From Conidiobolus incongruus B7586 (lineage: Eukaryota), in contig JNEM01008421.1 in the NCBI GenBank assembly GCA_000697335.1, positions 1 to 32,489 on the forward strand: a stretch of DNA of 32,489 bases, written 5' to 3'. The position numbers and the translations under genes were made by a program. Under the pieces are notes generated by a model. It was given only the letters and a program-made list of their open reading frames with translations, was not told the origin of the DNA and made no database searches. Shown piece after piece: positions 12,281 through 26,107 of this stretch (position 1 is its first letter; every line of letters starts with the position of its first letter).

Positions 12281-12904
12281 TATTATATATAAATATTCTA
12301 TGTTTGAGATGATTGATTATATTGTACTTATGATGAGTTATTTTTTATTTATGGAATAAAGCAAGTCATAATTAAAGCAATAATATTTTAAAAGTATTTT
12401 TTTTTCAAAATTAGTATTTATGATAATGAACACATTCAAATGTTATATACTAACAATGCTAATATTTTTTTTCATTCTACTATTTCATAATTTTAAATTG
12501 TGTATTCATATCTATTTATAATTTATATTTATAATTAGAGAAAATATTATTTTTCTATTTTCAATTAGAAAAATCAGCAACTGAATATTGATGATATAAT
12601 ATTTAATATTAAATATTATATAATTATAGCAAAATCATTATCAACTATTGATTGAGCATATTTTGGAATACTCGGAAAGGATCACATATTATTCAGAATA
12701 TACTTTTATATTGATAATTCGATTATGATAATACCATCATATATTCATCATGTCAAATGATTTGTAAAGAAGTTGGTTACTGATAATTAAATTATTTTAT
12801 TTTAATAATATGGACACCAAATGAACTTCAATATTTGAATGATGTAAATAGATCAAATAAATATTACTCCTTATTTATCAATGTAGCAGATTTATTGACT
12901 TAAA

Positions 12905-13244
12905 ATTCATTTTTTTGACAAACTACAATCTTTCCAGATGCCGAAGGACAGTTTGACAAGTTGAATTCATATACCGATTAGTTCCAGGGAGCGATAGCGT
13001 ATTATTTTTTTCAATTATTTTCAATAGACGCCGCATGTTGGATCTCACTTTGCGTACACTTTTAGGTTTATCTGATATATCAATGTCCCCACTTCCAAAT
13101 CTTTTGAACTATTTTTTGGCATATGGTCTTTGAAAAAACATTATCGCCATATGCTTGAATTATACTTTGGTAAGTCTCTTCTACGCTCTTTTGTGTATTG
13201 AATTCATATAATAATATATTCTTTGTATGATCTTTTGTTGGTTG
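12905..13244 (-). pseudogene. Mariner (Mos1-like) N-terminal HTH relic, copy 2
   Basis: Hand translation: QPTKDHTKNILLYEFNTQKSVEETYQSIIQAYGDNVFSKTICQK[frameshift]*FKRFGSGDIDISDKPKSVRK...QTVLRHLERL*FVKKM. Confidence 0.85.
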
Positions 13245-15720
13245 TTATATATCTAGGATTGATATATTTCTTATTCAAACCATTTATTTGTATTAATTTA
13301 ATATATGATAATAAAAGTCCAAATATAATTATTAGGAAATCATATTCAGTAAATTTTCAGTTTTATATTAAAATTAGTATTTTATTTTAATTATTTTGAA
13401 AAATGTTATTTTCAGAGATAAATAATGACCTACTATATTGATAATCAAATTTAAGAATACTGTAATTTTTATTCAATCTATAATATTTCAATAATTTTTG
13501 TAAATACACAAACTAATATATACTTTCTCATATTATTTACTAGTATCTATACCAAGGTGAAATATTTTGGATATTATATATATTCATAATATACTAGTCC
13601 ATTACAATTTCATTAAATAATAGTTATTGTTGAGTTCATTACTCTCAACACCACCATATCAATCCCAATTAATCCAATCAAAGTCCGAATTATCTCATTT
13701 AAAATCCACCTTTCATGATTTTTATTAAATATAAACTTCATCATATCTTCATACAATACACCAGTAATCATAGGAATTTCAACTTGAAACTTTATATATT
13801 AAATATTATAGACTGTTTATAATTATCAATATCATACAAATAGCACAAATTTATAATGTGTATTAATTATATCACTGTGTTATTTTTCATCGACAATTAT
13901 ACTGTATATAAATATTTATATTAATATATCTTCTGAATTTTAAATATTCTTTGAAGTAATTGATAGAATTGTAGCAATATATATCACTATTGACAATAGA
14001 TTATATTTTTTTCACAAATCATCAAACTTACAATCTGAATTTTTATTCCAGTACAAAATATTAATTATTTGCTAGACAAAATAAAAAATTGAATGTAAAA
14101 ATCAGGTTAATTCAAATATGTTCGCTTTAAATTATTTTTGAAAAACTCATAAATTTATATCATATAAAAATTAACTCTTTTCCTACAATATGAAAATATT
14201 TTGTTATATGATTTATAATCTTATTTAACTCCTTGAAAAATTTTTTGAAAATAGATTTTCTAATCGTGGTGACTAGTTTATATCCATAATGTTGGATAAT
14301 GGGAAGATCCTAATATGTTGTAAATTACTCTGGTAAGAAAAAATGGTTTGATGTTCTAATGTTAGCGATATTAAATTCTAATATATTTAAAAAATACCTA
14401 TTTATAAGATTTATTTTTTATATTGCTTTGAAAATTTATTGTTGAAATAGTTCTAAATTCATTTCATAAGTTTATTAATATATAATTTATATTTAAATAT
14501 TTGGGTTCATTATTAATTTGAATCCATATCAAATGTATGTTCTGATTAATTATATATTGATTCCATCATTACCATTTTAAAATCATATAACATTATGAGA
14601 AATTATGAGCTCGAATTTTTATTGTTGATATAATAATCATCTAATACAAATTCTAAAAGTAATCAAATGTTTAAATATTTAATATTAGATATATGGGGTA
14701 AATTCAAAAAAAGCTTATTATTTTGAATTGATAAGATTCTTGATCATAAAAACTTATTTTGTGATATCAACTTATATACATTTGTAGATATTTTTCTATG
14801 ATTTTTTTCAAAAAATTTTTAGTATCTGTCTCATTTGAAGATCAAGGCAAATGTCTAATTCCAATTTAAATATATTCTACTCATTTTTCAATTTAAACTG
14901 TACTAATAGTTTGATTAAATTTACTTATTTGCAGAAGTATATCCAAATAGACCAGTTCGAAATCTTTTTAAAATTTCGATATGATAAAATATTTAAATCA
15001 TACTAATAACTTCAATGTGATTATTGTAATTGATATTTTGAGATTCTAATAATAATACATTATAATATGTCTAATTATTGGCAACAAATATGCTCAATTG
15101 TTATCAATAATTATATATTTCAGTATATATTTCAACAAGGTTCATATAAAACCAAGCATGCTCATCATCGTAAAATTAACCCCATCAGAAGTATATCCCA
15201 TATCAATATACATCCCTGAGTATTTTTTAAATATTCATATTAAATATTTTGAATTAAGTTATTTGATTGGATACCAAGTTTTGATAACTTCGATTTTTGA
15301 AGTTAAGCATTAATAGATAAATTATAATATCTAATTCAGACATCATTATATGACATTCGTAAGTGAATAAAAATAAAGACTCATCTATTGTAATTTACAA
15401 TTTCATATACGAATAAATTACATAAATATTGATGGTTTCATGGAACCTTTTCTTCATATGATCATAAATGTAAAATGTTATAAAAAAGAAATCATATTGT
15501 CCAATCATATGGAAGAAAGGGCCAAGGTCTAACTTAAATCAACCATAAAACTTCCCATATAGGGTAACGTGGGAAATGGCCAATAACTACTTGACGATTT
15601 GGATGTGACGCAATCCACTTTGACAAAACGAACTAACACTATATATATCAGGTTTGATCACTGAAATATCCTCGCTTTTCTTGATTGTTAAAATTGAATC
15701 AATAATTAAAAATAATAAAT

Positions 15721-17137
15721 ATGTCTCACGAATTTGAAGGTGCTATTTACGGTATGGGTAACCCCTTACTCGATATCTGTGCCACTGTTGACCAAGCTTT
15801 CTTGGACAAGTAAATGCTTATCCCTTTTTAAAGGTATAAAGATACTGATCTCGTGTTTTAGATACGGTTTAAAGGCCAATGACCAAATTTTAGCTGAAGA
15901 AAAGCACGATCCTTTGTAAGTCAGTTTTTTCTAATGATCAAATTTTATACTAGACTTTTAGAAAAGATAACTTTATCAATAATCACTGGTAGAGTAAAAT
16001 ACAATATCTTGATTAATATCAGTGTAGCTTGGGTTATTCATATTTTAGTGTTTTCAACCTTTTCTATTACTAATATGATTTTACACATTTACATACACAT
16101 ATCCACTCCGAATATCCTCACTTATCAAAATTTTTTCACTATAGATTCCCTGAATTACTTACCATTCCTGGAAACTACTATATTGCTGGTGGTGCCACTC
16201 AAAATGCTTTACGTGGTGCTCAAGTAAGTATTTATAAAAATTAACAAGGTTTAAATTTGCTCAATTGCCCAAATAGCGTTTGTTACCCCCCAACTCTACC
16301 TTCTTCACTGGTTCCATCTCCAACGATGAATTTGGTGCTAAGCTCACCCAAGCTGCTCAAGCTGACGGTTTAACTGTTGAATACTACATTGACGAAACCG
16401 CCCCCACTGGTACTTGTGGTACCTGTATCAATGGCCACAACCGGTAAGTATATAGCTTTTTCATTGATGAATTTAAATTAATTTTCAATATTAGTTCCTT
16501 GATTGCCAAGTTATCTGCTGCTAACAACTTCAAGGATTCTCACCTTGACAAGCCTCAAATCTGGAGCCGTGTTGAAAAGGCCCGTCTCTACTACATTGCC
16601 GGTTTCTTCTTAACCGTCTCTCCCCCCTCCATCCAACGTGTCGCCAAGCACGCCGCCGAAAACAACAAGGTCTTCTGTATGAACTTGTCTGCTCCTTTCC
16701 TTCCCCAATTCTTCAAGGAGCAAATGGATGCCGTTGCTCCCTACTGGGACATCATCTTCGGTAACGAAACTGAAGCCCGTGCCTATTCTGAATCCCACGA
16801 TTTGGGTACTCAGGATGTTAAAGAAATTGCCCTTAAGATCGCTGCTCTTCCTAAGGTCAACGAATCTCGTCCTCGTTTAGTTGTCTTCACCCAAGGTACT
16901 GAACCCACTATTGTCGTCGAAAATGGCAAGATCACTGAATACCCCATCCTTCCCATCTCTGAAGAAGAAATCTGTGACACCAACGGTGCTGGTGATGCCT
17001 TCGTCGGTGGTTTCCTCAGTGAATACATCCGTGGTTCCAGCATCGACCGTGCCGTCGCTGCTGGTCACTGGCTCGCCGGTGTTGTCATCCGTCAAGCTGG
17101 TCCTTTCTACCCTCCTGGTGAATTGAAGTTTGAATAA
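15721..17137 (+). CDS. ADO1: Adenosine kinase (PfkB family), ~343 aa, 5 exons
   Basis: Exons 15721-15809, 15862-15915, 16145-16223, 16277-16443 and 16495-17137. Motifs GMGNPLLDI, AGGATQN, NLSAPF, FGNETEA and DTNGAGDAFVGGF. Strong C/T-ending codon bias. Confidence 0.97.
15931..16100 (+). ncRNA. Candidate intronic box H/ACA snoRNA
   Basis: Lies in the 229-nt intron 2 of adenosine kinase, about four times the usual intron size here. H-box-like AGAGTA at 15991-15996, a hairpin with an internal loop (tcatatt/aatatga; gtgtag/ttacat), then ACA at 16095-16097. Confidence 0.3.
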
Positions 17138-17792
17138 GTTAGTTGCATGATCACATTGTTGACTTTGTAATAATAAATTAATCATTCATATCTACTCTTA
17201 CCAAGCCAATCAACTCATCCTTGTGAATTATATTACAATATGAGATATTAAATTTATATTTTGGACTATTATTTCGATAATTTTATACTAACAAAACTTT
17301 GGATTTTAATAATTTTTATTGAAATTTAAAAATCCAAAAAAAGTCAAATTAGATATTTATTACCAATAAAGCCATTTTCACACATCAATAGGATTAATCC
17401 AATCTATAATATAATAATCATTTTGGATTAGTTACACTGACAGATAATTCATATCAGTCAATGAAATATTCAAAATTACTTGAATCAAATATGCACTTTT
17501 TTAAGGTTAATGGTTTTTTAATTTGAGTATGACATTATAAACTTAAGAATTTAATAGAATAAATATTATGTAATAAAATAATATAAATAGGATTTTGCAT
17601 AGTTTGATTGAATATTAATCAAATAACAAAATCTATTAAATGAGGTTTCAATGACGATGAAACATATATAAATTAATCAAATAGATTAAAGTGAAAAAAA
17701 GAATATAAAAGTTGAGATGATATTAATTAATAAAATTGAAGTATATATTAATCCATTAGGAATAAGATGAGATAAAATTAAAAGCATAGCAT

Positions 17793-19700
17793 TTAAGCTT
17801 CAATGAGAGTACCTTCACCAGATTCTTGAGGATCGATGACAGTATCTCTAACACCCTTGCGTGATACTTGGGGTCTGTTCTTGCGATCTCTTTGGTAGAA
17901 TTCGTTGAGGGTGGTTTGAGGAATACGGTTAAGTAATTCCTTGGGGAAGATACGGAGTAAGGACCAGGCCAAGTCGAGAGATTCGTAAATGGTACGATTT
18001 TCGTAAGCTCCTTGAGAAATGAAGGTGCGTTCGAATTTTTCTAAGAATTCTAAAGATAATTTGTCTTCAGAAGAAAGGGCTTCTTCACCAACGACAGCCT
18101 TCATGGCAGCAGCATCACGACCGATGGCATACTTGGCATAAAGCTGATTGGAGACATCACCGTGATCACGACGAGTCATACCTTCACCAATAGCACTCTT
18201 CATTAAACGAGAGAGAGATGGAAGGACGTTGATAGGAGGATAAATTTGACGATTATATAATTGACGATCGACGTAAATTTGACCTTCAGTGATATATCCA
18301 GTAAGATCAGGAATAGGATGGGTGATATCGTCATTAGGCATAGTAAGAATAGGGATTTGAGTGATACTGCCGTTACGACCTTCAACACGACCAGCACGTT
18401 CATAAATGGTGGCCAAATCAGTGTACATATAACCGGGATAACCACGACGACCAGGAACTTCTTCACGAGCAGCTGAAACTTCACGTAAGGCATCAGCATA
18501 AGAACTCATATCGGTTAAGATGACTAAGACGTGCTTTTCAAGCTGATAAGCATAGTATTCAGCGGTGGTCAAGGCCAAACGAGGAGTAATAATACGTTCA
18601 ATGGTAGGATCATTGGCCAGGTTAAGGAAGAGTGTGACACGTTCAATAGAACCGTTTTCTTCGAATTCTTGCTTGAAGAAACGAGCAGTTTCCATGTTAA
18701 CCTAAAAATTGGAAATTTAATATTCAAAATAGATAAAAAAAATTGAAATAATAATTACACCCATAGCAGCGAAAACAATTGCAAAGTTGTCTTCGTGACC
18801 ATCATGAACATCTTTGGTGGGTTTCTTGACCAAACCAGCTTGACGGCAGATTTGAGCAGCGATCTATATTAATTAGTTAATTTTATACAATAAAAATATT
18901 GAAAAAACAATAAAATTACTTCATTGTGAGGTAAACCATTAGCTGAGAAGATTGGAATCTTTTGACCTCTAGCAATAGAGTTCATGGTATCGATAGCAGA
19001 GATACCAGTTTGAATCATTTCTTCGGGGTAAATACGAGAGTAAGGATTGATGGGAGCACCTTCAATATCCAAGTAATCTTCAGCGAATACCTTAGGTCCC
19101 TTATCGATAGCTTTACCAGAGCCGTTGAAGATACGTCCAACCATATCTTCGGAAACAGGCATACGTAAAGTTTCACCACTAAACTCAACGCGTGTTGATT
19201 TGGAATCAATACCAGAGGTACCTTCGAAAACCTATTAAAATTAATTTAGTAATGATTTAGATGAGGAGCTGTATTGTTCATTTTAATATTTACTTGGACA
19301 ATAGCCTTCTTGCCTTGGACTTCTAAAACTTGGCCAGAGCGCTTAGAACCGTCTGGAAGGGTTAAACTGACAATTTCTGAGAATTTGGGGAACTAGGATA
19401 AATTAATAAAAGATTAAAAAATTGTACAAGACTGTTGATTATTGAATAGAGTAAAATTCTGAATGAATACAGAAGGAATTATAGAATATATTAAGTACCT
19501 TAATATTATCTAAAATAACTAAAGGTCCATTGACACCGGCAACTGTACGATAATCTTTAAATTTAAATAGAATTAATAATGTTGTATATAAGAAATTGGA
19601 TAAATATAGTACCGATTCTGGGTTGGACAACGTAATCTCTAGTAATAGCAGCATGATGAATTTTAGCAGCTTCAGCAGCAGTCAATCTAGGATCTGACAT
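17793..19700 (-). CDS. VMA2: V-type H+-ATPase V1 subunit B, ~522 aa, 6 exons
   Basis: Exons 19613-19700, 19499-19554, 19294-19392, 18920-19231, 18759-18863 and 17793-18701. Motifs [54 protein letters not shown] and [12 protein letters not shown]. Confidence 0.98.
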
Positions 19701-20635
19701 TTTGAATTTATATAATTGATTTTTTGATGTAAGTAATATTAAACAAAAGTTGAATAAATATTCACTCTTTTAATTACAATAAATGAGATAATATCAATAG
19801 GATTATATTTTATATTAAGTGACGATTTTAATTTGATTTAATATGGGTTAAATCCATATATCGTCACAAATCAATTCAATTTTACGATATAACCTTTTTC
19901 TTTATATGGAAATTTTCTTTATAATAACTTTCAAAATATATTATTTTCAATAAGCAACTATCATATAAATCAATGAAATAAAATATTATATATAATTATC
20001 CAATTAAAATTAACTATGATTACTATTCCTTTTCTTTACTTGAAATTCATATTATAAACTTATACGAAAAATTCACTTAACAAAAAGGAGGTGAAACAAA
20101 GTTCTTTTTAATGATTTTGTCAAATTTAAAATTCACCAACCACTATCGATTCCAGCTATAATTAATCTTCTAATATATATATATATTAAACACTTTATAA
20201 TTTATGAAATATACTATAAAAAATCATATCACAAAGGGAAAATATCATTGTCACTAATACTTGACGAAATCAATAACATTTTGACTTATTCTCAATTCTA
20301 ATAATATTTTCTGATTAATGTATTCTCTGCGTAAAATGGGGTATATTTGAATCATTAGGCGTTTGATATTTAAAATGCAAGTTTATAAATTTGGTATATG
20401 AAATCATCGTTATTATCAGGTTTAACAATCAACAATATCATTTCGAATATGAATAAATCATTATATTCAATATATAATCAAAAAATAAATTTAATCTAAG
20501 CAGGATGATGGTCCAATAGTTAAAATCAAAATATAAAACTTATAAGTTTTAATAATTCATAATCTTATAGTAATCAATATTTCAATATAACTAAAAAAAT
20601 TCTTTTATCCATTTAAATTTTATAGAGTAATCAAG

Positions 20636-20659
20636 CTACCAATCTACCAATCTACCAAT
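20636..20659. repeat. Tandem repeat (CTACCAAT)x3
   Basis: ctaccaat ctaccaat ctaccaat, about 130 nt upstream of the BAG gene ATG. Confidence 0.8.
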
Positions 20660-20784
20660 TCTAGTAATCCAATTGATCATATTCCCATAATAATCAACCA
20701 TTAGTAATCAATTTAAAACATCTTAAAGCAGCTGAAACCCTCTTAATTCCAATTACCTTGTAAATAATTTATAATTCAAAAAAG

Positions 20785-21475
20785 ATGCCTATTAAATTAG
20801 ATTTCAATAAAACTTATAAATATTTATATTTAAATCAAACTGAAATTAATCAAATGAAGTTAATTGATTTACATAAACAAGTGAGTGAATTGACCGGTAT
20901 CCCAGTTGACAAAGTTAAATTGGCTCATTTTGGAGGTAATTTATTTAATATTATATCCCTAGTTAGTATTAATGAATCTATTTTAGTCCCTATGATTGAT
21001 AAAGGTGCCTATTTAAATCAATATCATATTAAAGAGAATAGTGAATTAATTTTTGTTGGAAACCTTGCAGTAATTCACGTAACCAATAGTTATTAATCCT
21101 ATTATTAATAGTATTTTATAGGGAGATATTAAAGATAATAGTCAATTAGAAAATGAGGAAAAAGATCTCGTTTTGAAGGTTAAATCAACGGTTGACGATA
21201 CGCTCAATGAAATACAAACAGAGATAGATCAATACCCTGTTCAAATTAACCAATATCTGCAGTCTAATTATTCACCTTCCAATCAACAGCAAGAGTTGAA
21301 AAAATTGAATACTCAATACTTGAAACTGAGTGAAGTGTTATTACAAACGTTACTGAAGTTAGATTTGATTGATAATTCCAAAAATTTTGCTGGGGTTAGG
21401 GATGAGAGAAAAAAAGCTATTTTATTTATTAATAATATGCTATCAAAGTTAGATGAAGCCAAAGCCAAATTATAA
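20785..21475 (+). CDS. BAG1-like co-chaperone (ubiquitin-like + BAG domain), ~195 aa, 3 exons
   Basis: Exons 20785-20935, 20987-21069 and 21122-21475. UBL: LHKQVSELTGIPVDKVKLAHFG...LNQYHIKENSELIFVG. BAG: LSEVLLQTLLKLDLI...VRDERKKAILFINNMLSKLD. Confidence 0.88.
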
Positions 21476-21755
21476 TTTAAATAAAATTAAAATTTATTTC
21501 ATTTTTGAATTTATATTTTATGGTCCTTACAATTTAATAACTCTATTATTTATAAAAGGTACAATATAGAATCGTAATTCGTTTCATATTTAATAAATAA
21601 AAATATTAAACTTTTCATCATATTTATAATGAATTATACTAAATATAATTTGTATTATTAAAAATCCCATATTGATATATTATCATTTAAATCGAATTTG
21701 ATCTAATCATATCCATTAATTTAAAACAATCAACCATTAATCAATTTCAATAGTC

Positions 21756-22732
21756 ATGAAAAATCAAGTAGGGGGACACCAAGGCATCACCACATCCGAA
21801 GACAACAGTTTAATTATTAAACCCACCAACAATTTTGAACAAGACTTCTATAATAAAATTCCTCAATTCCCCAGCTTATTACCCTTCATCCCCAAATACT
21901 ATGGTACTTTGACAGCTACTACAGAGGGAGAAGGCGAAAAATTAGGTTTTCAAGGTGATGGTATCTTTTCTTCAAATGACGCCCAAAAGAAGGATATTAT
22001 GATCTGTATTCAAAATGTGTCTGCCTATTTCAATAAGCCTAGTATTTTGGATTTGAAGATGGGCACTCGTCTCTATGATGAGAATAACGTTACCGAAGAG
22101 AAAAAGCTTAGAATGATCGCCAAAGCTCACGCCACTACGAGTCATAGTACGGGTATTCGTGTAACAGGAATGAGGGTAATACGATATTTTATGTAAATGT
22201 AATATTGGCATTAATTTTAATTTCAAAGGTATACGATCACGTCAAAGAAGAATATATAGAATATGACAGAAATTACGGTTTATCATTAACCATTGCAGCT
22301 TTAAAAGAGGCTTTTATCAATTTTCTTCCATTTTCAATTCCTACACCACTTCGCCAAAAGCTGATTGATTTATTTTTGATTGAATTAAAGAAACTAGAAC
22401 CTATTATTAAGTCTATTCCAATAAGAATGTATGGTAGCTCTATTTTGTTTGTGTATGAGGGCGATATAATTCGATTGGAAAAGCTTTTGAATGGGGAAGA
22501 GGTTCTAGCTGAAAAAATTGAGAACGAAGAACAAGAGGAAAGTGGCAATGATGCTGAGGAGGAGGATGAAGAAGAAGACCTTCTAAAATATTCACCTATT
22601 GCCCTTAAGTTAATAGACTTTGCTCACACTACCTTCCATGAGGGTGAACCAGACGATGAAGGCTATTGGCTCGGGTTAGAGAATACGATTAAGCATTTTG
22701 AAGCTTTGAAAGATGGTACTATACCTATTTAA
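21756..22732 (+). CDS. Inositol polyphosphate kinase (IPMK/Ipk2-Arg82-like), ~307 aa
   Basis: Exons 21756-22175 and 22229-22732. Motifs QVGGH, PxxxDxKxG (PSILDLKMG), SSILFVYEGD, an acidic insert and LIDFAH. A short extra 5' exon is possible because an AG precedes the ATG. Confidence 0.92.
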
Positions 22733-23105
22733 TCATGATTATCCAGATCATTTAATAAATAAGAGAGTTAAATAAGCTTCATACCATTTAATATAATGAT
22801 GATTCATTCAGCATTTTATTACTAGATTGTATATAATTTGATTACCCTTTTTTCAATAAACTGATATTCGCGAAATATTGCTAGTCATTTATCGAGTTTT
22901 TAAATATATCAATTATTAAATATAAATCAAATAGGATTTGATATTAGGCTAAATACAATGCATCAGATTAATTACAAAAGTGTCATAATTTAACACATGA
23001 TAAGTCATATGATCACAGACTTCAATTTCAAGAACAGTCAAATATATAAATAGGTAATTATATTATAAGAATTGATGACATAAGCTAAAATAAATTATTA
23101 AAATC

Positions 23106-25321
23106 ATGATTTTTGATAGTAAGCACGACGAAACTTTACCAGTAATTGATCCAATTAAAAAGAAAGCTTTACTCGAATTTAATTCGAGACGATCTACAGT
23201 ATACTCGACTCATGGAATGGTTGCTACTAGGTAAATATCATTATAGAGTCCAGAAACATTGATCTTATTAGTGCTTAGCCAACCTTTAGCAGCTCAAGCC
23301 GGTATTGATATCTTGAAAAGGGGAGGAAATGCTGCAGTAAGCTGATATTGGACAAAATATAAAAATTTATACTAAATATTTTTATTAGGATGCAGCAGTT
23401 GCTACAGGTATTTCACAATCAAATTCAATTTATTAAAATGCGAACTGATTGAGTACCAATTTTTTAAATCTTTTACAGCTGCTTGTTTGAATATAACTGG
23501 TAATATTATTTATTCGTTAATGATATTAGAAATATTGATATATAATTTTAGAACCTTGTAGTACTGGTATTGGTGGAGATGCTTTTTGTCTCTTTTATTC
23601 AGCAAAAGAAAAGAAAGTATATGCTCTTAATGGATCTGGAAAGTGAGTGACTGCATTTCATATTACTGGTCATTGGTTTTGAGATACCTATTACATTTGA
23701 ATCATATAATCATCGGGGCTTTTAAATACTAATTAAAACTCAATATTAGATCTCCTAAGAATCTCAGCTATGAAGAACTTATGAACTCAATTCCAGCTAA
23801 TAGTGAATCAATTCCAGTTGATTCTCCCCACTCAGTTACTGTTCCAGGTGCTGCAGCTGCAATGATTGATACAGTTCAAAATTTTGGATCTGGTAAGCTG
23901 ACCTTGAGTGAAATTTTTGATCGTGCTGTTGATTTGGCTGAGAATGGGTAAGCTTATTGTTAAATTTGTTTATTCAATATTAATCTTATAAATTAGTTAT
24001 CCTGTTGAATCTCTGGCTGCAATGCAGGTAAATGTAAGATAATACCATTTAATATAAGAAAAATTGAAAAATTCTATACAATTATAGTGGGAAAGAGCTG
24101 TCTCTCTACTCAAGAAAGCTTCCCCTAATGCTGAAGATATGCTCTTAAATGGAAAAGCTCCAAGAGAAGGTGAAATAATGAGAATACCCCATTTAGCAAG
24201 GTAAATTTAGGATTAGCATAATTACAAGGGTAATTCTGATCGTAATACACTAATAATATAGAACCTATCGCGAGGTAGGAGAAAAAGGGCATGATGCTTT
24301 TTATAAAGGACGCATCGCAGAGGCCATAGTTGAAGCAATTGGTCAAAGAGGCGGTAAAATGAGTTTAGAGGATTTAGCCAGTCATAAATCCGAGTTCTGC
24401 GATCCTATCAGTATTAATTATGAAGGTGTCGACATCTATGAATGTCCTCCGAATGGTCAAGGAATTGTTGCACTTATGGCACTAGGAATGGTTAAAGAAC
24501 TTCAAAAATCTGGTAAAATTAACCGCTTGGAGCATATGGAACATAATGGAGTTGAATATTTGCATACGTTGATTGAATGTACTAGAATTGCTTTTGCAGA
24601 TGCCAGATTCCATGTTACAGATCCCGATTTCGCTAAAGTAAAAGCTAAAGACTTACTTAATAGAGATTATTTGAGGAAACGTGCTGAATTGTTCGATCCC
24701 AACAAAGCTAATGTCAATCCTGAAGTTGGTGCTCCAATTAGCTATAGTAATACAGTATATTTGACAACCGTCGATGCTGAAGGTAATGCATGTTCATTCA
24801 TTATGTCAAATTATATGGGATTTGGAAGTGGTATCATTCCTAAAGGATGCGGTTTTACTCTCCAGAATCGAGGATGTAATTTCTTCCTTGATCCCCAAAC
24901 TACCAATTGCTATGCTCCTGGAAAGAGACCATATCATACTATTATTCCGGCAATGGCCCTCAAGGATAATGAGCTATACATGAGTTTTGGTGTCATGGGA
25001 GGATTCATGCAACCTCAAGGTCATTTACAAGTGGTTCTAGGTATGGAACACTTCAATATGACTCCTCAAACCGCGTTGGATAAGCCAAGATTCTGTATTC
25101 TTCCCGAAAATGGCTTAGTATTGATTGAAGATGGTATTGATGATGAAGTTGTTGAAGGATTGATCAAATTGGGCCACAAAGTTGAAGTTACTAAGGATTA
25201 TCTGAGGATGAACTTTGGTAGAGGTCAGATTATTAGATCTCATAAAGATAAAAATACAGGTGCCAGAGTATTGAGCGGAGGATCAGATGGTAGAGGTGAT
25301 GGTATGGCTATTGGCTATTAG
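23106..25321 (+). CDS. Gamma-glutamyltransferase family Ntn-hydrolase, ~571 aa, 9 exons
   Basis: Exons 23106-23230, 23279-23336, 23389-23407, 23479-23499, 23552-23642, 23750-23947, 23997-24027, 24088-24200 and 24262-25321. Motifs SRRS.V...[46 protein letters not shown] (Thr nucleophile), [21 protein letters not shown] and SDGRGDG. Confidence 0.95.
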
Positions 25322-26107
25322 TACAGATAATAAGAAAATATCAGCTTTACCTGGAAATTTTTTGATTTAAATGATATTTAAAATAAAAATTTAAGTCGAT
25401 CTTAACGAATATACACGAATGCAACGAAATAATTCAATACCCAAAATATAAAATTATAAATTTTATCAAAAATTCTAATAGCCATTGTTTAATATTATGT
25501 GAAACATATTATTAATTTAATTTCATTAAAAGTTTATTTTGATCTTATCAATTTACATTATTCATTTTGCCTTGATAAATTAATAAATTAAAAATATACT
25601 TGAATTAATATTGTTTGAAAGCGCATCTTTGTATTCAAACAATCAAAAGGAGAAATCAAGTTTGGTGACTTAAATCAGATTTTGCGAATAATTTTCAATT
25701 TGATATGATTTCTCATAAATAAAAAATTATATTATTAATTCAAACTGTATTAATTGTATTGGGTTTGGTGTTAGAGTTGATTTTCTTTATTCAACTAATT
25801 AAAACTTGTGTCCTTTACATTAAAAATGATTAATATATCATACATGTTTAATCAAGATATCCAGTGGTTCAAAAGGTAATTTCCTATACTTAAATCAAAT
25901 AGTATTTTATAAATCACAATTATTTCTCTTTAATTGGAGTATTATTTTAAATAATAGAAAGTGGTCTAATAATTCATCATATACACTTAATATAATATAA
26001 CTTTCTAGCAGAATATCAATACAAAACAAAATGACTGAAAATCACTGAATTTCAAATTTAACCTGAGTTAAATAAAAAGAATTTATTAAAATATCATATC
26101 ATATAAA

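Noticed and set aside
15734..17185. Alternative-frame and antisense ORFs over adenosine kinase (likewise over VMA2, the IP kinase and the GGT)
   Set aside because: By-products of codon bias or intron read-through.
19393..19498. 106-nt VMA2 intron and 107-nt GGT intron (23643-23749) as snoRNA hosts
   Set aside because: No convincing C/D or H/ACA boxes found.
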